Part shown: one piece after another, positions 11,480 through 23,488 of the stretch
How positions within the stretch are numbered: position 1 is the stretch's first letter
How the letters are laid out: the number at the start of each line of letters is the position of its first letter
Assembly: GCA_965261005.1 (NCBI GenBank)
Contig: OZ253375.1
Location: 896,001 to 960,000, forward strand
DNA: 64,000 nt
Reading direction: 5' to 3'
Source: Deinococcus sp.
Lineage (GTDB): Bacteria > Deinococcota > Deinococci > Deinococcales > Deinococcaceae
Made by a program: the position numbers and the translations under genes
The notes under the pieces: generated by a model
Databases searched by the model: none
What the model was told of the DNA's origin: nothing
Seen by the model: the letters and a program-made list of their open reading frames with translations, nothing else

Positions 11480-11640
11480 GACGAACCTCCGCTGAGAAAA
11501 CGTGGGCTGGGAAAACGTAAGCTGAGAGAACTTGGACGCTGGCCGAACCCGTTCAGCCTAGGGGTCGGGCGGGGCGGCGCCGTGAGAGTCAAGCTGGCCG
11601 TCGCGTTACAAAGTGTCAGGCGCTGCAAAACCGAATCAGA

Positions 11641-12624
11641 TCACTTCAGCAAATGCCCCACCGCGCCTTGCTCCTCGATCAGCTCTTGCTCGGTCGCGTC
11701 CATCTTTTGGCGCGAGAAGTCGTTGATCTCCAAGCCCGCCACGATCTGGTAGCGCCCCCCCGCGCAGGTGCAGGGAAAGCCGTAGATCAGGCCCTCCTGA
11801 ATCCCGTAGCTGCCGTCCGACGGCACCGCCATGCTGACCCAGTCCCCGGCCGGCGTGCCGTTCGCCCAGTCGCGCATGTGGTCAATCGCCGCGCTGGCCG
11901 CGCTCGCCGCCGAGGACGCCCCGCGCGCCTCGATAATGGCCGCGCCGCGCTTGGCGACGGTCGGGATGAAGTCGTGCTCGTACCACCCTTGGTCGCCGAC
12001 GGCCTCAAAGGCGTTCTGGCCGTTCACCTCGGCGTGGTAGAGGTCGGGAAACTGGGTGGTGGAGTGGTTGCCCCAGATGGTCATGTGCTTGATGGCCGTC
12101 ACGGGGGCGCCGGTCTTTTGGGCCAGCTGCGAGATGGCGCGGTTGTGGTCGAGGCGCACCATCGCGCTGAACTGCTCGGGCTTCAGGTTGGGGGCGCTCC
12201 GCATGGCGATCAGGGCGTTGGTGTTGGCGGGGTTGCCGACCACCAGCACCTTCACGTCACGGCTCGCCACATCGCTGAGGGCCTTGCCCTGCACCGTGAA
12301 GATGGCCCCGTTGGCCTCCAGCAGGTCCCCGCGCTCCATCCCCTTGGTGCGCGGGCGGCTGCCCACCAGCAGGGCGTAGTCGGCGTCCCCAAAGGCCACG
12401 TTGGGATCGTCGCTCTGAATGACGCCGGCCAGCAACGGAAAGGCGCCATCCTGAAGCTCCATCACGACCCCCTTCAGGGCGCCGAGGGCGGGCGTGACCT
12501 CCAGCAGTTGCAAAATGACCGGCTGGTCCTCGCCCAGCATCGCCCCCGAGGCGATGCGGAAGAGCAGGCTGTAACCGATCTGGCCGGCGGCGCCGGTGAC
12601 GGCCACGCGAACGGGTTCTTTCAT
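11641..12624 (-). CDS. mdh: Malate dehydrogenase
   Basis: [29 protein letters not shown]. Confidence 0.97.
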   Translation of the reverse strand: MKEPVRVAVTGAAGQIGYSLLFRIASGAMLGEDQPVILQLLEVTPALGALKGVVMELQDGAFPLLAGVIQSDDPNVAFGDADYALLVGSRPRTKGMERGDLLEANGAIFTVQGKALSDVASRDVKVLVVGNPANTNALIAMRSAPNLKPEQFSAMVRLDHNRAISQLAQKTGAPVTAIKHMTIWGNHSTTQFPDLYHAEVNGQNAFEAVGDQGWYEHDFIPTVAKRGAAIIEARGASSAASAASAAIDHMRDWANGTPAGDWVSMAVPSDGSYGIQEGLIYGFPCTCAGGRYQIVAGLEINDFSRQKMDATEQELIEEQGAVGHLLK

Positions 12625-12670
12625 AAGGTCCTCCTTGGAAGAGCGTGCGGCCCCATGCTAATGCAGCGAC

Positions 12671-12700
12671 AAGAAAAAGACCCTTATCAAGTGATAAGGG
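12671..12700 (-). terminator. Intrinsic terminator downstream of rplS
   Basis: CCCTTATC/GATAAGGG stem followed on the minus strand by TCTTTTTCTT. Confidence 0.7.
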
Positions 12701-12718
12701 CCTGCCCAAGCGCTTCGC

Positions 12719-13180
12719 TCAGCTTTCCGGAATGCCGGGAACGCTGGTCGGCTCGGGCGCGGGGGGGTTCACTGGGATGGCGCTGGCGCCGGCGCCGCCG
12801 CGCTGGCTCACGCGCATCATGCGGCCACGGTCGGTCTTGATGCGGGCGGCCTTGCCGCGCAACTCGCGCAGGTAGTACAGCTTGGCGCGGCGCACCTTGC
12901 CGCGCTCCAACACCGTGATCTGGCTGATGGTGGGGCTGTGGTAGGGAAACACGCGCTCCACGCCCTCGCCGAAGCTGATTTTGCGCACGGTGAAGCTCTT
13001 GCGGGTGCCGCTGTTGTTGGACGCGATGACCACACCCTCAAAGGCCTGCACGCGGGTGCGGGCGCCCTCGGTCACCTTGGTGTCCACCCGCACGGTATCC
13101 CCCGGCTGAAAGTCCGGCAGGTCCGGCTTGAGGTGCGGCTGCTCGACGGAGCGGAGTAAGGCGCCACGGTTGATCTTCAT
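12719..13180 (-). CDS. rplS: 50S ribosomal protein L19
   Basis: [40 protein letters not shown] before ATG 13180. Confidence 0.97.
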   Translation of the reverse strand: MKINRGALLRSVEQPHLKPDLPDFQPGDTVRVDTKVTEGARTRVQAFEGVVIASNNSGTRKSFTVRKISFGEGVERVFPYHSPTISQITVLERGKVRRAKLYYLRELRGKAARIKTDRGRMMRVSQRGGAGASAIPVNPPAPEPTSVPGIPES

Positions 13181-13347
13181 AGTCTCTCCTTTGCGGCAGG
13201 CGGACCGCTCGCGGCGAGCGTTCACTGTCACTTCCCCCGCTGTCACTTCTCCTGGGGGCACGGCTTGACAGTATAGAAGGGCGCGGCGCGGCGGCGCAAG
13301 ATTTTTTGGCGGCGGGTCTCCGGTGTTGGGCGTTATGCTGGTCCAGC

Positions 13348-14139
13348 ATGATAGACCGCACTCAAGAACGGGACGCCGCCCTCACGCAGCTGAGCGAGGC
13401 CAGGGCGCGCCAAACCCACAACCGGCGGGTGGCGAGCGCGCGTGAGCACGTCGGCGCGGCGGGCTGGGCGCAGAGCGCCGCCCTGGAGAAGATCATCCAC
13501 GCCGGCCGGGAACAGTTCGCCGTGACCGACGCCCTGCGGCAAGTGGTGAACTTGACCCTCACGCAGCTGCGCCAAGTCAGCTTGGAGGACATTGGGCAGT
13601 TCGGGCCGGGCCAGGCCAGCGCCCTCAAGACCATTATCGAGTCGGGCGGCGAGCAGGTGGACGCCGCCCTCGCCCTCCAGGCGCTGATCGAGGACGCCCT
13701 CGCGGCGGTGGTGGACACGCCGCTGGGCGACCTGAGCGTGACCAAGCTGGAGCATATTCGCGCGGCGGTGGAGCGTCAGACCCGCGCCCTCCACGACATG
13801 ATCGCCGCCGCCAAGTCGCAGGCACACACGCTGGAGCAGCTGCGCGCCCTGGACGCCGTCAGCGCCGAGCAGCAGGCGCGCGTGGCCAGCTCGGCCCACA
13901 CGGAGGCCGAACTGAAGGTGCTGGCCCTGGAGCAGGTTGCCGGCCAGGCCGCCCACGAAATCGGGCAATTGTCAAAGGCGGGCGAAGGCGCGCAGCTCGC
14001 GGCCTTGGAACAGGTGGCGGCGCGCGCCGTGGACGAGATCAGGCAGCTCGCCGACACCCCGGAGCAAGAGGAGGCGCTGCGCCACGTGGCCGAGCGGGCG
14101 CAAGGCGGGGAACTGGCAGACAAGGCCCTTCAGCCATAA
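13348..14139 (+). CDS. Hypothetical all-helical protein with internal repeats
   Basis: Ala/Gln/Glu-rich, typical codon usage, repeated LEQVA units. Confidence 0.65.
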   Translation: MIDRTQERDAALTQLSEARARQTHNRRVASAREHVGAAGWAQSAALEKIIHAGREQFAVTDALRQVVNLTLTQLRQVSLEDIGQFGPGQASALKTIIESGGEQVDAALALQALIEDALAAVVDTPLGDLSVTKLEHIRAAVERQTRALHDMIAAAKSQAHTLEQLRALDAVSAEQQARVASSAHTEAELKVLALEQVAGQAAHEIGQLSKAGEGAQLAALEQVAARAVDEIRQLADTPEQEEALRHVAERAQGGELADKALQP

Positions 14140-14190
14140 AGTGTGCCGGGTGGGCGGTGCGGACGCGGGGGACCAGCCTAGAATGCTCCC

Positions 14191-14910
14191 GTGACGGCAG
14201 CCTCCCATGTTGTGGCCTTTGATGTTGTTGATTTGGGTCTGCTGCCCTACGCGCAGGCTTGGGCGCGGCAAAAGCGCGAGCACGCCCGCGTAGCGGCGGG
14301 TGGGCGGCCAGTCCTCCTCTTGGTCGAGCATCCCGCCGTGCTGACCCTGGGGCGCAAGGCGCGGGAGGGCGGCAACATCCTGGCCCCGCGCGCCCTGCTG
14401 GCCGCAAACAGTATCGAGGTCTTTGAGGTCGAGCGCGGCGGCGACGTGACCTACCACGGCCCCGGCCAAATGGTCGCCTACGCCATCTTTCCGGTGGGGC
14501 GGCGGGTGCGCGACTTCTTGAGATTGCTGGAGCAGGTCTTCGTGGACGTCGTGGGAGGCTACGGCCTGGCGGCGCGCGCCAACCCCGGTTATGCGGGCGT
14601 GTACGTGGCGCCGCGCGAGGTCGGCGGCCGGATGACCGACCAGAAAATTGCCTCCATCGGCGTGGCAGTGCAAAGGGACGTGGCCCTGCACGGCGCGGCC
14701 CTCAACGTGAGCACCAACTTAGACCACTTCGACCTGATCCTGCCCTGCGGGTTGCAAGACACCCGGATGACCTCGCTGGCGCGCGAATTGGGCCGGGAGT
14801 TGGACATGGCCGAGGTCAAGGCGCGCACCGTTCGGGCCTTTCAAGACGTCTTCGCGTCCTACGACTGGACGCTGCCCCAGCCAGCTCTACAAGAGGGAGT
14901 GAGCCGATGA
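14191..14910 (+). CDS. lipB: Octanoyltransferase LipB
   Basis: [27 protein letters not shown]. Confidence 0.95.
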   Translation: MTAASHVVAFDVVDLGLLPYAQAWARQKREHARVAAGGRPVLLLVEHPAVLTLGRKAREGGNILAPRALLAANSIEVFEVERGGDVTYHGPGQMVAYAIFPVGRRVRDFLRLLEQVFVDVVGGYGLAARANPGYAGVYVAPREVGGRMTDQKIASIGVAVQRDVALHGAALNVSTNLDHFDLILPCGLQDTRMTSLARELGRELDMAEVKARTVRAFQDVFASYDWTLPQPALQEGVSR

Positions 14911-15905
14911 CCCAGAGTTCAGAACCGCCCCAAAAAGAAACGAAGTTCATCAAGAACGGCATCCACCGCAAGAACGCCCAAAAGGTGCGCGAAAAGAAGC
15001 CCAGTTGGCTCAAGGTCAGCATTCCCACCGGGGAAGTCTTCGGCCAAGTGAAGCAGGTGGTGAAATCTCACGGTTTGCACACCGTCTGCGAAGAGGCGAT
15101 GTGCCCCAACATCGCCGAGTGCTGGTCGCGCGGAACCGCCACCTTTATGCTGATGGGCCACATCTGCACGCGGGCCTGCCGCTTCTGCGCGGTGGACACG
15201 GGAAACCCCGGCGGCAAGCTGGACCTCACGGAACCCGCCCAGGTGGCGGACAGCGTGCGGCTGATGGCCCTCAGGTACGTCGTTCTCACCTCGGTGGACC
15301 GCGACGATTTGCCGGACGGCGGCGCCTACCACTTCGCCAAGACGGTCGCCCAGATTAAAAAGGTCTCGCCGGAAACGCGCGTGGAGGCGCTGACCCCCGA
15401 CTTCGGCGGCAACACGGCCTGCGTGGACTTGGTGCTGGAGGCTGGGGTAGACGTGTACGCCCAGAACTTGGAGACGGTGCGCCGCCTGACCCACCCCGTG
15501 CGCGACCCGCGCGCCGGCTACGACCGGACCTTGGCGGTGCTGGCCCACGCCAAAAAGGCGCGCCCCGACGTGTACACCAAGACAAGCGTCATGCTGGGCC
15601 TCGGCGAGACGCGGGAGGAAGTGTTAGAGGCCATGCGCGACTGCCGCGCGGCCGGGGTGGACGTGCTGACCTTCGGCCAATACCTGCGGCCGACCGAACA
15701 CCACCTGCCGGTGGTGGAGTACGTGACCCCGGACGCCTTCGCCAAGCTCCGCGAGATCGGGCTGGGGATGGGCTTTGTCGAGGTCGTGTCCGGCCCTCTC
15801 GTCCGCAGCAGTTACAAGGCCGAGCAGCTCTTCATGGACAAGCCGGGCGACTTTCCCGAGCACCTGGCCCACTTGGAGGGCGGGGACGCGCTCGCGCTGA
15901 TTTGA
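14907..15905 (+). CDS. lipA: Lipoyl synthase
   Basis: [24 protein letters not shown]. Confidence 0.97.
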   Translation: MTQSSEPPQKETKFIKNGIHRKNAQKVREKKPSWLKVSIPTGEVFGQVKQVVKSHGLHTVCEEAMCPNIAECWSRGTATFMLMGHICTRACRFCAVDTGNPGGKLDLTEPAQVADSVRLMALRYVVLTSVDRDDLPDGGAYHFAKTVAQIKKVSPETRVEALTPDFGGNTACVDLVLEAGVDVYAQNLETVRRLTHPVRDPRAGYDRTLAVLAHAKKARPDVYTKTSVMLGLGETREEVLEAMRDCRAAGVDVLTFGQYLRPTEHHLPVVEYVTPDAFAKLREIGLGMGFVEVVSGPLVRSSYKAEQLFMDKPGDFPEHLAHLEGGDALALI

Positions 15906-15915
15906 GGCCTTTTTT

Positions 15916-17334
15916 ATGAGCTACGACGCCGTGATCGTCGGTTCCGGCCCGAACGGGCTGGCCGCCGCGATCACCCTGGCGCGCGCCGGGCTATCCGTCG
16001 CCGTCTACGAGGCGGGGGCCACGGTCGGCGGCGGGCTGCGCTCGGCCGAATTGACGCTGCCGGGCTTCACGCATGACGTGTGCTCGGCGATTCACCCGCT
16101 GGGGGTGGGGTCACCATTTTTCCGGGACTTGCCGCTGCACGCCTTCGGGCTGGACTGGGTGCAGCCGGACGCCCCCTTCGCCCACCCGCTGGACGACGGG
16201 GCGGTGATCGTGAAGCGCGATCTGAAGGTGACCATTGCCCGGCTCGGCGAGCCTTATGGGCGCTTGATGGCGCCCCTGCTGGGCGACTGGCAAGGCTTGC
16301 TGGACGACGTGCTGGGGCCGCTGCTGAGGTGGCCCGGCCACCCCGTCACGCTGGCGCGCTTCGGGCTTCGGGGCTTGCCGCCGGCGGAGCTGCTGGCGAG
16401 AAGCTTGTTTCGCGCTCCAGAGGGGCGGGCCGTGCTGGCGGGCCTGGCGGCTCACGCCCAACTCCCCCTCTCGGCCCCCGGCACCTCGGCGCTGGCCCTG
16501 GTGTTGGGGGTGCTGGCGCACGCGGTCGGCTGGCCGCTGGCGCGCGGCGGCTCCCAGAGCGTCGCGGACGCCCTCACTGCTTACCTGCGCTTTCTGGGCG
16601 GCGAGGTGTTCACGGAAGCGCCCATCCGCGCCCTGCGCGAGCTGCCCCCTGCCCGCGCAGTGCTGCTCGACTTGACGCCGCAGCAGCTCTTGGCCTTCGC
16701 GGATGCCCCCTGGCCTGCCACCTATCGTGGATGGCTGGAACGTTTCCGGCGCGGCCCCGGTGTGTTCAAGCTGGACTACGCTTTGTCAGCAGCGGTGCCG
16801 TGGCGAGATCCCGAGGTGGCGCGGGCGGGCACCGTCCATCTGGGCGGCACCCTGGAGGAGATCGCCGCCTCCGAGCGCGCGGTGGCCCTCGGTCAACACC
16901 CCGATTCTCCCTATGTCCTGGCCGCCCAGCAGAGTTTGTTCGATCCCGGCCGCGCCCCGGCGGGAAAGCACACCTTCTGGGCCTACTGCCACGTCCCGAA
17001 CGGCTCGGATAGGGACATGACCGGCCCCATAGAGGCCCAGATCGAGCGCTTCGCCCCCGGCTTCCGCGACTTGATTCTGGCGCGGCACGCCACCAATAAC
17101 GTTCAGCTGGAACGCTACAACCCCAACTATCTGGGCGGCGACATCAACGGCGGGGCGGCGGACTTGTGGCAGCTGATCGCGCGCCCGGTCCCCACGCCCA
17201 CGCCGTACCGCACGCCTTTGAAGGGCGTCTATCTCTGCTCGGCCAGCACGCCGCCAGGGGGGGGCGTTCACGGCATGGGCGGGTATCACACGGCGCGGGC
17301 GGCCCTGGGGGACTTGTGGGGCATACCGACCTGA
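15916..17334 (+). CDS. Phytoene desaturase-family FAD-dependent oxidoreductase
   Basis: GSGPNG dinucleotide motif, [10 protein letters not shown]-terminal PPGGGVHG. Confidence 0.85.
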   Translation: MSYDAVIVGSGPNGLAAAITLARAGLSVAVYEAGATVGGGLRSAELTLPGFTHDVCSAIHPLGVGSPFFRDLPLHAFGLDWVQPDAPFAHPLDDGAVIVKRDLKVTIARLGEPYGRLMAPLLGDWQGLLDDVLGPLLRWPGHPVTLARFGLRGLPPAELLARSLFRAPEGRAVLAGLAAHAQLPLSAPGTSALALVLGVLAHAVGWPLARGGSQSVADALTAYLRFLGGEVFTEAPIRALRELPPARAVLLDLTPQQLLAFADAPWPATYRGWLERFRRGPGVFKLDYALSAAVPWRDPEVARAGTVHLGGTLEEIAASERAVALGQHPDSPYVLAAQQSLFDPGRAPAGKHTFWAYCHVPNGSDRDMTGPIEAQIERFAPGFRDLILARHATNNVQLERYNPNYLGGDINGGAADLWQLIARPVPTPTPYRTPLKGVYLCSASTPPGGGVHGMGGYHTARAALGDLWGIPT

Positions 17335-17359
17335 CGCGGGACGTGTACATTAAGCGCAC

Positions 17360-18583
17360 ATGACCACCAACGCCCGCTTCTCGGCCCGCACGCCGACCGG
17401 CCGCTACTTCGCCCTGTCCGCCTTTTGGTTTGGGACCAGCTTTCACTGGCTGTTGCTGCTGTTGATCCTGATGCCGGCCGACGTGCTGCGCTTCGTGGGC
17501 GACGCCAGCAAGGGGTTGTACCTGGGCATTGCCGTCAGCGTCGGCGCGGTGGTGGCGCTGGTGATGCCGCCCCTGGTCGGCGCCTACTCGGACAAGGTGG
17601 GCAAGCGGCTGGTCTTTTTGCGTTGGGGCACCGCGCTGAACGTGCTGGGCCTGGTCGGCATGGCCCTCGCGCCGGGGTACTGGCCGTACCTGGCCGCCTT
17701 TTCGCTGGTCCAGTTCGGCAACAACTTGGCGACCAGCCCCTACAGCGCCCTGATCCCCGAACTGGTCCCCCCCGCCGAGCGCGGCAAGGCCAGCGGCGTG
17801 ATGGGCTTTTTGCAGGCGGGCGGACAACTGCTGGGCGCGGTGGCCGCCTTCGCCTTCGGCACGCTGCACCTCGCGCCGAGCGTCTCCTACCTCGCCATCG
17901 GCCTTGTGTTGGTCGGCGGCGCCCTGATCACCCTGCTGAGCGTGCCCGAGCCGGAAGCGAGAACGCGCGAACAAGCTCCCGCCATCGCTTGGTGGCAGGT
18001 CTTCGCGGTGCAAGCCTTTTTGTGGGTCTTCGTCACGCGGGCGCTCTTCAGCCTGGGGCAGTACAGCGTGCAGCCGTTTTTACAGTTCTACGTCCGCGAC
18101 GTGCTGAAACAGACCGAGAACACCGGCACCTCCACCAGCATCATGCTCTTCGTCATCATCGTCGGGAGCATTGTCAGCGCCCTGGTGGGCGGACGCCTGT
18201 CGGACCGGGTCGGGCGCAAGCCGGTGATCTACTTCGCGGGCGGCCTGATGGCGGCCTGCGCGCTGCTCTTTCTGCTGGCGCCGAGCTTTCCCGTGGCCTT
18301 GGGCTTCGCGCTGCTGTTCGGCCTCGGCTACGGCGCCTTTGTCAGCGTGGACTGGGCGCTCGGCAGCGACGCCATGCCGAGCGCCAGTTCCTACGCCCGC
18401 GACATGGGCATGTGGCACGTCGCCTTTGTCGCCCCGCAGATGACCAACGCTCCGCAGGGCGCCCTGCTGGACTGGGGCAACCGCTTGGGCGGCAACCTCG
18501 GCTACACCTTCGTGTTCGGCATCGCGGCGGTCTGCTTTCTGCTGGGCGTGATCTTGGTGCGGAATATCAAGACGGTGCGCTAG
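17360..18583 (+). CDS. MFS transporter
   Basis: About 12 TM; G..SD..G(K/R)R motif A present twice. Confidence 0.9.
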   Translation: MTTNARFSARTPTGRYFALSAFWFGTSFHWLLLLLILMPADVLRFVGDASKGLYLGIAVSVGAVVALVMPPLVGAYSDKVGKRLVFLRWGTALNVLGLVGMALAPGYWPYLAAFSLVQFGNNLATSPYSALIPELVPPAERGKASGVMGFLQAGGQLLGAVAAFAFGTLHLAPSVSYLAIGLVLVGGALITLLSVPEPEARTREQAPAIAWWQVFAVQAFLWVFVTRALFSLGQYSVQPFLQFYVRDVLKQTENTGTSTSIMLFVIIVGSIVSALVGGRLSDRVGRKPVIYFAGGLMAACALLFLLAPSFPVALGFALLFGLGYGAFVSVDWALGSDAMPSASSYARDMGMWHVAFVAPQMTNAPQGALLDWGNRLGGNLGYTFVFGIAAVCFLLGVILVRNIKTVR

Positions 18584-19254
18584 AAACTGCGCTTCAGCGG
18601 CGCGCTGAGCGGTTCAGCCCCTAGCGCCCCCATCAGCTCAAAAAACACCCCGTCGTGCGCCGGACTGGTCCACGCCGGCGACTGCACCAGCAGCAGCGAC
18701 TCGACCTCGTATGGTTGGGGCAGCTGGCGGGCGCGCTGCAACACCACCAATTTGTGATGCTCGGCGGCCAGGGCGGCGCGAACCTCGTCCCAAGTGCGCT
18801 CCAAGTCGAAGCCCTCGGCGACGCGCACCCCCGCGTGCCAGGCCGGGTACAGACAGGCGTAGCTGCCGATCACCCCGCGCGCCAAGGCCAGCCCTGCCCA
18901 GTTGCCGGGCCGGACGCGCTGCGGGTCGCCGCTCAGGCTGTAGAGGTCGTGGTGGCTGTCGAAGTTGACGAGATCGCGCCCCGGAAAGCGCGCGAGCCAG
19001 TCCCAGGCGTGCGCGTGGCTCCAAGCGACGAAGGTGGGAACGCCTCTGTAGGCCAGCAGCTCACGCGGGTCGCCGTGGAGGGGAAAATCCCCTTCGAGCG
19101 CGTGCCAACCGCTCGCCCGTGCATCGCGTTTCAGCGCCCGCTCGCGCCAGCGGTTCAGGCGGTCGTGTTCCCGGTCGGGCGTGCCCCAGAGAGGGGCGTC
19201 GAAGACGTGCTCGTTGCACCCGGAGTAGAAGTCCCAGTCAATAGAGAGCAGCAC
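18580..19254 (-). CDS. Arginase/UPF0489-like putative metallohydrolase
   Basis: SIDWD, HAH, DSHHD, GNW and SPAW motifs. Confidence 0.55.
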   Translation of the reverse strand: MLLSIDWDFYSGCNEHVFDAPLWGTPDREHDRLNRWRERALKRDARASGWHALEGDFPLHGDPRELLAYRGVPTFVAWSHAHAWDWLARFPGRDLVNFDSHHDLYSLSGDPQRVRPGNWAGLALARGVIGSYACLYPAWHAGVRVAEGFDLERTWDEVRAALAAEHHKLVVLQRARQLPQPYEVESLLLVQSPAWTSPAHDGVFFELMGALGAEPLSAPLKRSF

Positions 19255-19259
19255 GACGT

Positions 19260-19727
19260 TCAGATCACTTTTTCGAGGTACACCAGCGTGAGCGCCGGCG
19301 AAGTGACTTCACGTTTGAATTCCACGTAGCCCAGCCGCCGGTACAGCCGCAAGTTGCCCTCGCTGCGGTGCCCGGTAAACAGCTCGAAGCGCTGCGCGCC
19401 CATACAGGCAGCCTCGACGCCGTGCAGTAGCCGGCTTCCCAAGCCCTGACCTTGCAAGCGGGGGTGAACGATCAGGCGGCCGAGGTGGACACCGTCCGTC
19501 CTGTCTTGAGCGCGCACGCTGCCGACCAGCTCATCGCCCAAATAGGCGCCCAGCACGGTATGCGTGTTCAGGTCAGACAGCAAATCGGTCAAAGGTTGCT
19601 TGAGGGGCGCGATGTTGTAGTCGTCGTACAACGCCGCTTCCGACTGGTAGCAGAGAAACTGCAACTTCAGCAGCTGCTCGGCGTCGTGGAAGCGCAGCGG
19701 TTCAAGATGAACTTCTGAAGCCGGCAT
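19260..19727 (-). CDS. GNAT family N-acetyltransferase
   Basis: V.P..QGQGLG acetyl-CoA motif, N...Y.RLGY. Confidence 0.9.
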   Translation of the reverse strand: MPASEVHLEPLRFHDAEQLLKLQFLCYQSEAALYDDYNIAPLKQPLTDLLSDLNTHTVLGAYLGDELVGSVRAQDRTDGVHLGRLIVHPRLQGQGLGSRLLHGVEAACMGAQRFELFTGHRSEGNLRLYRRLGYVEFKREVTSPALTLVYLEKVI

Positions 19728-19771
19728 AAGCTAGCTTATCTCCAGATGCCTCAAGGCCAGGTGACCACAGA

Positions 19772-20193
19772 ATGACCGCCACAAAACCCACCCCCGATCA
19801 CATCTTGGAGCACTGAACGGCGTTCAGCGAGTTGGCACATCCCTACGTCAAGCCCATAGAGAACGGGGCGGATTACCTGGCCGCCGAAGGCTTGCTCGAC
19901 GAGGTCAGCGACCGCATGGAAGGCCCAGACGACCCGCGCTACATCGGCCTGTTTCGCTATTGGCCGAGAACATTCACGCTTGGGAAGAAAAGCACGTCAC
20001 CTTGCCAGAGGCCGAGCCTCACGAGGTCCTGGCTCATCTCTTGCAGGAACACCAACTCAAGCAGGACGATTTGGCCGATCTGGTGGACCAAGGCATGCTG
20101 AGCAAGATTCTGGCGGGCAAGCGGGGCATCAGCGCTCGGCTGGCGAAGGCTTTGGGAGCGCGCTTCAACGCCAATCCGAGCTTGTTTTTGTAA
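19772..20193 (+). pseudogene. HigA-like HTH antitoxin pseudogene
   Basis: ATG 19772, in-frame TGA at 19814-16, frameshift near 19957; the pieces join into a HigA-like protein (..LLQEHQLKQDDLA..SKILAGKRGIS..). Confidence 0.75.
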
Positions 20194-20200
20194 AGCTTTC

Positions 20201-21610
20201 TCAGTGACCGCCGAAGTGCCCCATTTGCGGCACGGGACCCGCGTACGGCACCAGCGCCGTCACCTCGCCGAAGAGGTCGTACTCGTCGGCGTCCTCGACG
20301 CGCGCCCGCACGACGTCGCCGATCTTGACTTGGCCGGCGAGGGCGCCCGCGTACAGGTACACCTGCCCGTCAATGCCTGGGGCGTCCCCCTGGGTCCGGC
20401 CGATCAGCTTGCTGCCGGGTGAATCCCCCTCGTCGTCGTTGTACTCGTCCACGATGACCTCAAGCTCGCGGCCAACTTTTTCCTGAAGCTTCTCGGCCGA
20501 GATGCGCTGGGCCACGGCCATGAAGCGGGCCAGGCGCTCCTCTTTAACCTCGTCGGGCACGCGCCCCTCGAAGCCGGTGGCGTCGGCCTCCTCCACCTCG
20601 GAGTAGGGAAAGGCGCCCACCCGGTCGAGCCTGGCCTCCTCCAGAAAGGTCAGCAGCTCCTGAAAGTCCGCCTCGGTCTCCCCCGGAAAGCCCACGATAA
20701 AGGTGCTGCGAATGGTCAGGTCCGGGCAGATGGCGCGCCAGCGCCGAATGGTCTCCAATTGCTTGCCCGCGCCGGGGCGGCGCATGGCCCGCAGAATCTT
20801 GGGGCTGGCGTGCTGAAGCGGCACGTCGAGGTACGGCAGGATTTTCCCGGCCGCCATCAGCTTCACGGTCTCGTCCACGTGTGGGTAGGGATAGACGTAG
20901 TGCATGCGCACCCAGGCGCCCAGCTCACCCAGCTTGACCGCCAGATCGGTCAGGTGGGCGCGCACCTGCTCGCCCTGAAACTCGCTCTCCCGGTGCCGGA
21001 CGTCCACGCCATACGCCGAGGTGTCCTGCGAAATCACCACGATCTCGCGGGTGCCGCCCGCGATCAGGCGGTACGCCTCGTACAGCACCTCACCGGCGTC
21101 ACGCGACACCTGAAGGCCGCGCAGCTTGGGAATAATGCAAAAGGCGCACTTGTGGTTACAGCCCTCGGCGATCTTGAGGTAGGCGTAATGGCGCGGCGTT
21201 AATTTGACGTCCCCCAGAATCTGGCCCGGAATCAGGCGGGTGAAGGGGTTCTGATCGGGCGGGATCAGCTCGTGAACGGCCCGCATGACCCCTTCCACGT
21301 CCTGCGAGCCGGTGACGCTAGCGACCTTGGGATGGCGCGCCCGAATGGTTTCCGGCCGCTCGCCCAGGCAGCCGGTCACGATGACCTTGCCGCCAGCGTC
21401 CAGCGCCTCGCCGATGGCGGACAAGCTCTCCTCCACCGCCGGCGTGATAAAGCCGCAGGTGTTGACGATCACGGTGTCGGCGTCCGCGTAGCTCGGCGCC
21501 AGCTGATAGCCCTCGGCGCGCAACTGGGTCAGGATGCGCTCGCTGTCCACCAGCGCCTTGGGGCACCCCAGGCTGACAAAACCAACTTTCTTGACGTCAA
21601 CGGCGGTCAT
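20201..21610 (-). CDS. rimO: Ribosomal protein S12 methylthiotransferase RimO
   Basis: [30 protein letters not shown] domain (APGIDG). Confidence 0.95.
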   Translation of the reverse strand: MTAVDVKKVGFVSLGCPKALVDSERILTQLRAEGYQLAPSYADADTVIVNTCGFITPAVEESLSAIGEALDAGGKVIVTGCLGERPETIRARHPKVASVTGSQDVEGVMRAVHELIPPDQNPFTRLIPGQILGDVKLTPRHYAYLKIAEGCNHKCAFCIIPKLRGLQVSRDAGEVLYEAYRLIAGGTREIVVISQDTSAYGVDVRHRESEFQGEQVRAHLTDLAVKLGELGAWVRMHYVYPYPHVDETVKLMAAGKILPYLDVPLQHASPKILRAMRRPGAGKQLETIRRWRAICPDLTIRSTFIVGFPGETEADFQELLTFLEEARLDRVGAFPYSEVEEADATGFEGRVPDEVKEERLARFMAVAQRISAEKLQEKVGRELEVIVDEYNDDEGDSPGSKLIGRTQGDAPGIDGQVYLYAGALAGQVKIGDVVRARVEDADEYDLFGEVTALVPYAGPVPQMGHFGGH

Positions 21611-21763
21611 ACAAGCGGGCATTCTACCCGAACGGGATGAAGCAAAGGCGGGCAAGGGCACGCTTGAAATCAGCGGTCCCAAAGCGACGTAAACGTTGCC
21701 TTGACGCCGAAACCGTAGACTGTGTTACATGTCTATTTCCCTTTCCGCTTCAAAAGGCCCGTC

Positions 21764-22822
21764 GTGAAGGCCGTCATCCCCGCCGCCGGCTTCGGCACCC
21801 GTTTGCGCCCGCTCACCTACACCCGGCCCAAGCCGGTGCTGCCGGTGGCCGGCCAGCCGATCATCTGTCACGCCATCGGCAACCTGATGGCCGCCGGCAT
21901 TTGCGACATCGGCTTGGTGGTGTCCGATTTGACCCGCGAGGCCATCGAGCAGGCGGTCGAGACCGTCGAGGGCGCGCGGGTCACATACATCAACCAGCCG
22001 AAGATGCTGGGCATCGGCAACGCGGTGCGCTTGGCGCAGGGTTGGGTGGGCCAGGACGACTTTTGCGTGTACCTGGGCGACAACCTGTTCGAGCACGGCG
22101 TGGAACCTTATATCGAGGCGTTTCAGGCGCGCCGCCCGGACGCCCTGATCGCCCTGGTCGAGGTCGAGGACCCCAGCGCCTTTGGCGTGGTGGAACTCGA
22201 CGGTGAGCGCGTGCGTCGCCTGATCGAGAAGCCCAAAAATCCGCCCAGCAACTTGGCGGTGGCCGGGGTGTACTGCTTCACCGCCGGCGTCTTTGACGTT
22301 CTGGCCGAGTTGCAGCCCAGCCCGCGCGGCGAGTACGAGATCACCGACGCGCTGCAAGGCCTGATCGACGCCGGCGGCACGGTGCTCGGCCAGCGCGTGG
22401 CGGGCTGGTGGAAGGACACCGGGCGCCCCTACGACCTGATCGACGCCAATCGCTTGCTGCTCGAACGCCTGGAGCCGCACTTGGCCGGTCAGGTCGAGAA
22501 CTCGCGGGTGAGCGGCCGGGTCTACTTGGGCGCCGGCGCGCGGGTGGTGAACAGCGTGGTGGTCGGCCCCGCCCTGATCGGCGAGAACGTGGTGCTGGAG
22601 GACGCCTACGTCGGCCCCTTCACCTCCATTGGCGCCGGCAGCATGATCCGCCGCGCCGAGGTCGAGCACAGCGTCATCGACCAGCAGGTGACCATCGAGG
22701 ACGTGTCCACCCGGCTGCAAGACTGCCTGATCGGCCCGCGCGCCAGCGTGACCGGGGGCAAACGGGTCCCCCGCACGCTGTCCCTGACGCTCTCGGACGC
22801 CTCGGTGGTCGAGCTGATCTAA
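21764..22822 (+). CDS. rfbA: Glucose-1-phosphate thymidylyltransferase (long form)
   Basis: [40 protein letters not shown] start. Confidence 0.85.
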   Translation: MKAVIPAAGFGTRLRPLTYTRPKPVLPVAGQPIICHAIGNLMAAGICDIGLVVSDLTREAIEQAVETVEGARVTYINQPKMLGIGNAVRLAQGWVGQDDFCVYLGDNLFEHGVEPYIEAFQARRPDALIALVEVEDPSAFGVVELDGERVRRLIEKPKNPPSNLAVAGVYCFTAGVFDVLAELQPSPRGEYEITDALQGLIDAGGTVLGQRVAGWWKDTGRPYDLIDANRLLLERLEPHLAGQVENSRVSGRVYLGAGARVVNSVVVGPALIGENVVLEDAYVGPFTSIGAGSMIRRAEVEHSVIDQQVTIEDVSTRLQDCLIGPRASVTGGKRVPRTLSLTLSDASVVELI

Positions 22823-22850
22823 AACACCACACCCCAAACGCGACCGTCTT

Positions 22851-22867
22851 TTCTGCTATCATCAGAA
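22851..22867. promoter_or_regulatory. RDRM-like (DdrO) operator overlapping a leaderless promoter
   Basis: TTCTG-CTATCAT-CAGAA 17-bp palindrome; TATCAT -10 box 6 nt before ATG 22869. Confidence 0.7.
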
Positions 22868-22868
22868 T

Positions 22869-23069
22869 ATGCGGTCGCGTTTTCATCCAGATCCCCTTCC
22901 CAGCAGCGGGCGCGGCTACGCACACGTGTGCCCGCACTGCGGCGACGCCCTGGTACTGTGCGAGCTGCGCGACGGCGACCAAGCGTATTGGTGCCACCGC
23001 TGCGAGCGCGGCCACCGCGCCGGCGACCCGCCGCCAGAGGCGTTGCGCCCGCTGCCGAGGGCCGTTTAG
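22869..23069 (+). CDS. Small zinc-ribbon protein (CxxC-X17-CxxC), putative radiation/desiccation regulon member
   Basis: CPHC...CHRC; RDRM-like site directly upstream. Confidence 0.75.
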   Translation: MRSRFHPDPLPSSGRGYAHVCPHCGDALVLCELRDGDQAYWCHRCERGHRAGDPPPEALRPLPRAV

Positions 23070-23464
23070 CCAAGCTCGAAGTTTAGGACTCTCAACACGT
23101 CTTCTGGCAGACGCACCGGCTTATAGAGCTTGTCGGTGGTCACGTGTTCGGTTTGACCGCCGGCGAGCAGCGCGTCCCCGCGCCGCAGGCGGTAGCCGAA
23201 GGTCAGCTTGCGGCTCCTGACCTCCAGCAGGCCCGTTTCCAGCGTGAGCAGGTCGTCATACCGCGCCGCCCGCCTGTACTCCACCCGCAGGGCGGCCAGC
23301 ATCAGGTAAAAGCCGCGCGCCTCGACGTCGGCGTAACTCAGGCCACGCCCCCGCAGCCACTCCGTGCGGCCGACCTCGAACCAGACGGGGTAGCTGGCGT
23401 GGTGCGCGACGCCCATCTGGTCGGTTTCGGCGTAGCGCACCCGCAGCTGGGTCAGGTCCATCAC
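23066..23464 (-). CDS. Acyl-CoA thioesterase (YbgC/4HBT hotdog family)
   Basis: VRYAETDQMGVAHH..Y..WFE.GR. Confidence 0.9.
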   Translation of the reverse strand: MMDLTQLRVRYAETDQMGVAHHASYPVWFEVGRTEWLRGRGLSYADVEARGFYLMLAALRVEYRRAARYDDLLTLETGLLEVRSRKLTFGYRLRRGDALLAGGQTEHVTTDKLYKPVRLPEDVLRVLNFELG

Positions 23465-23488
23465 GGCGCCCTGGTCATGGCGCCCTCA

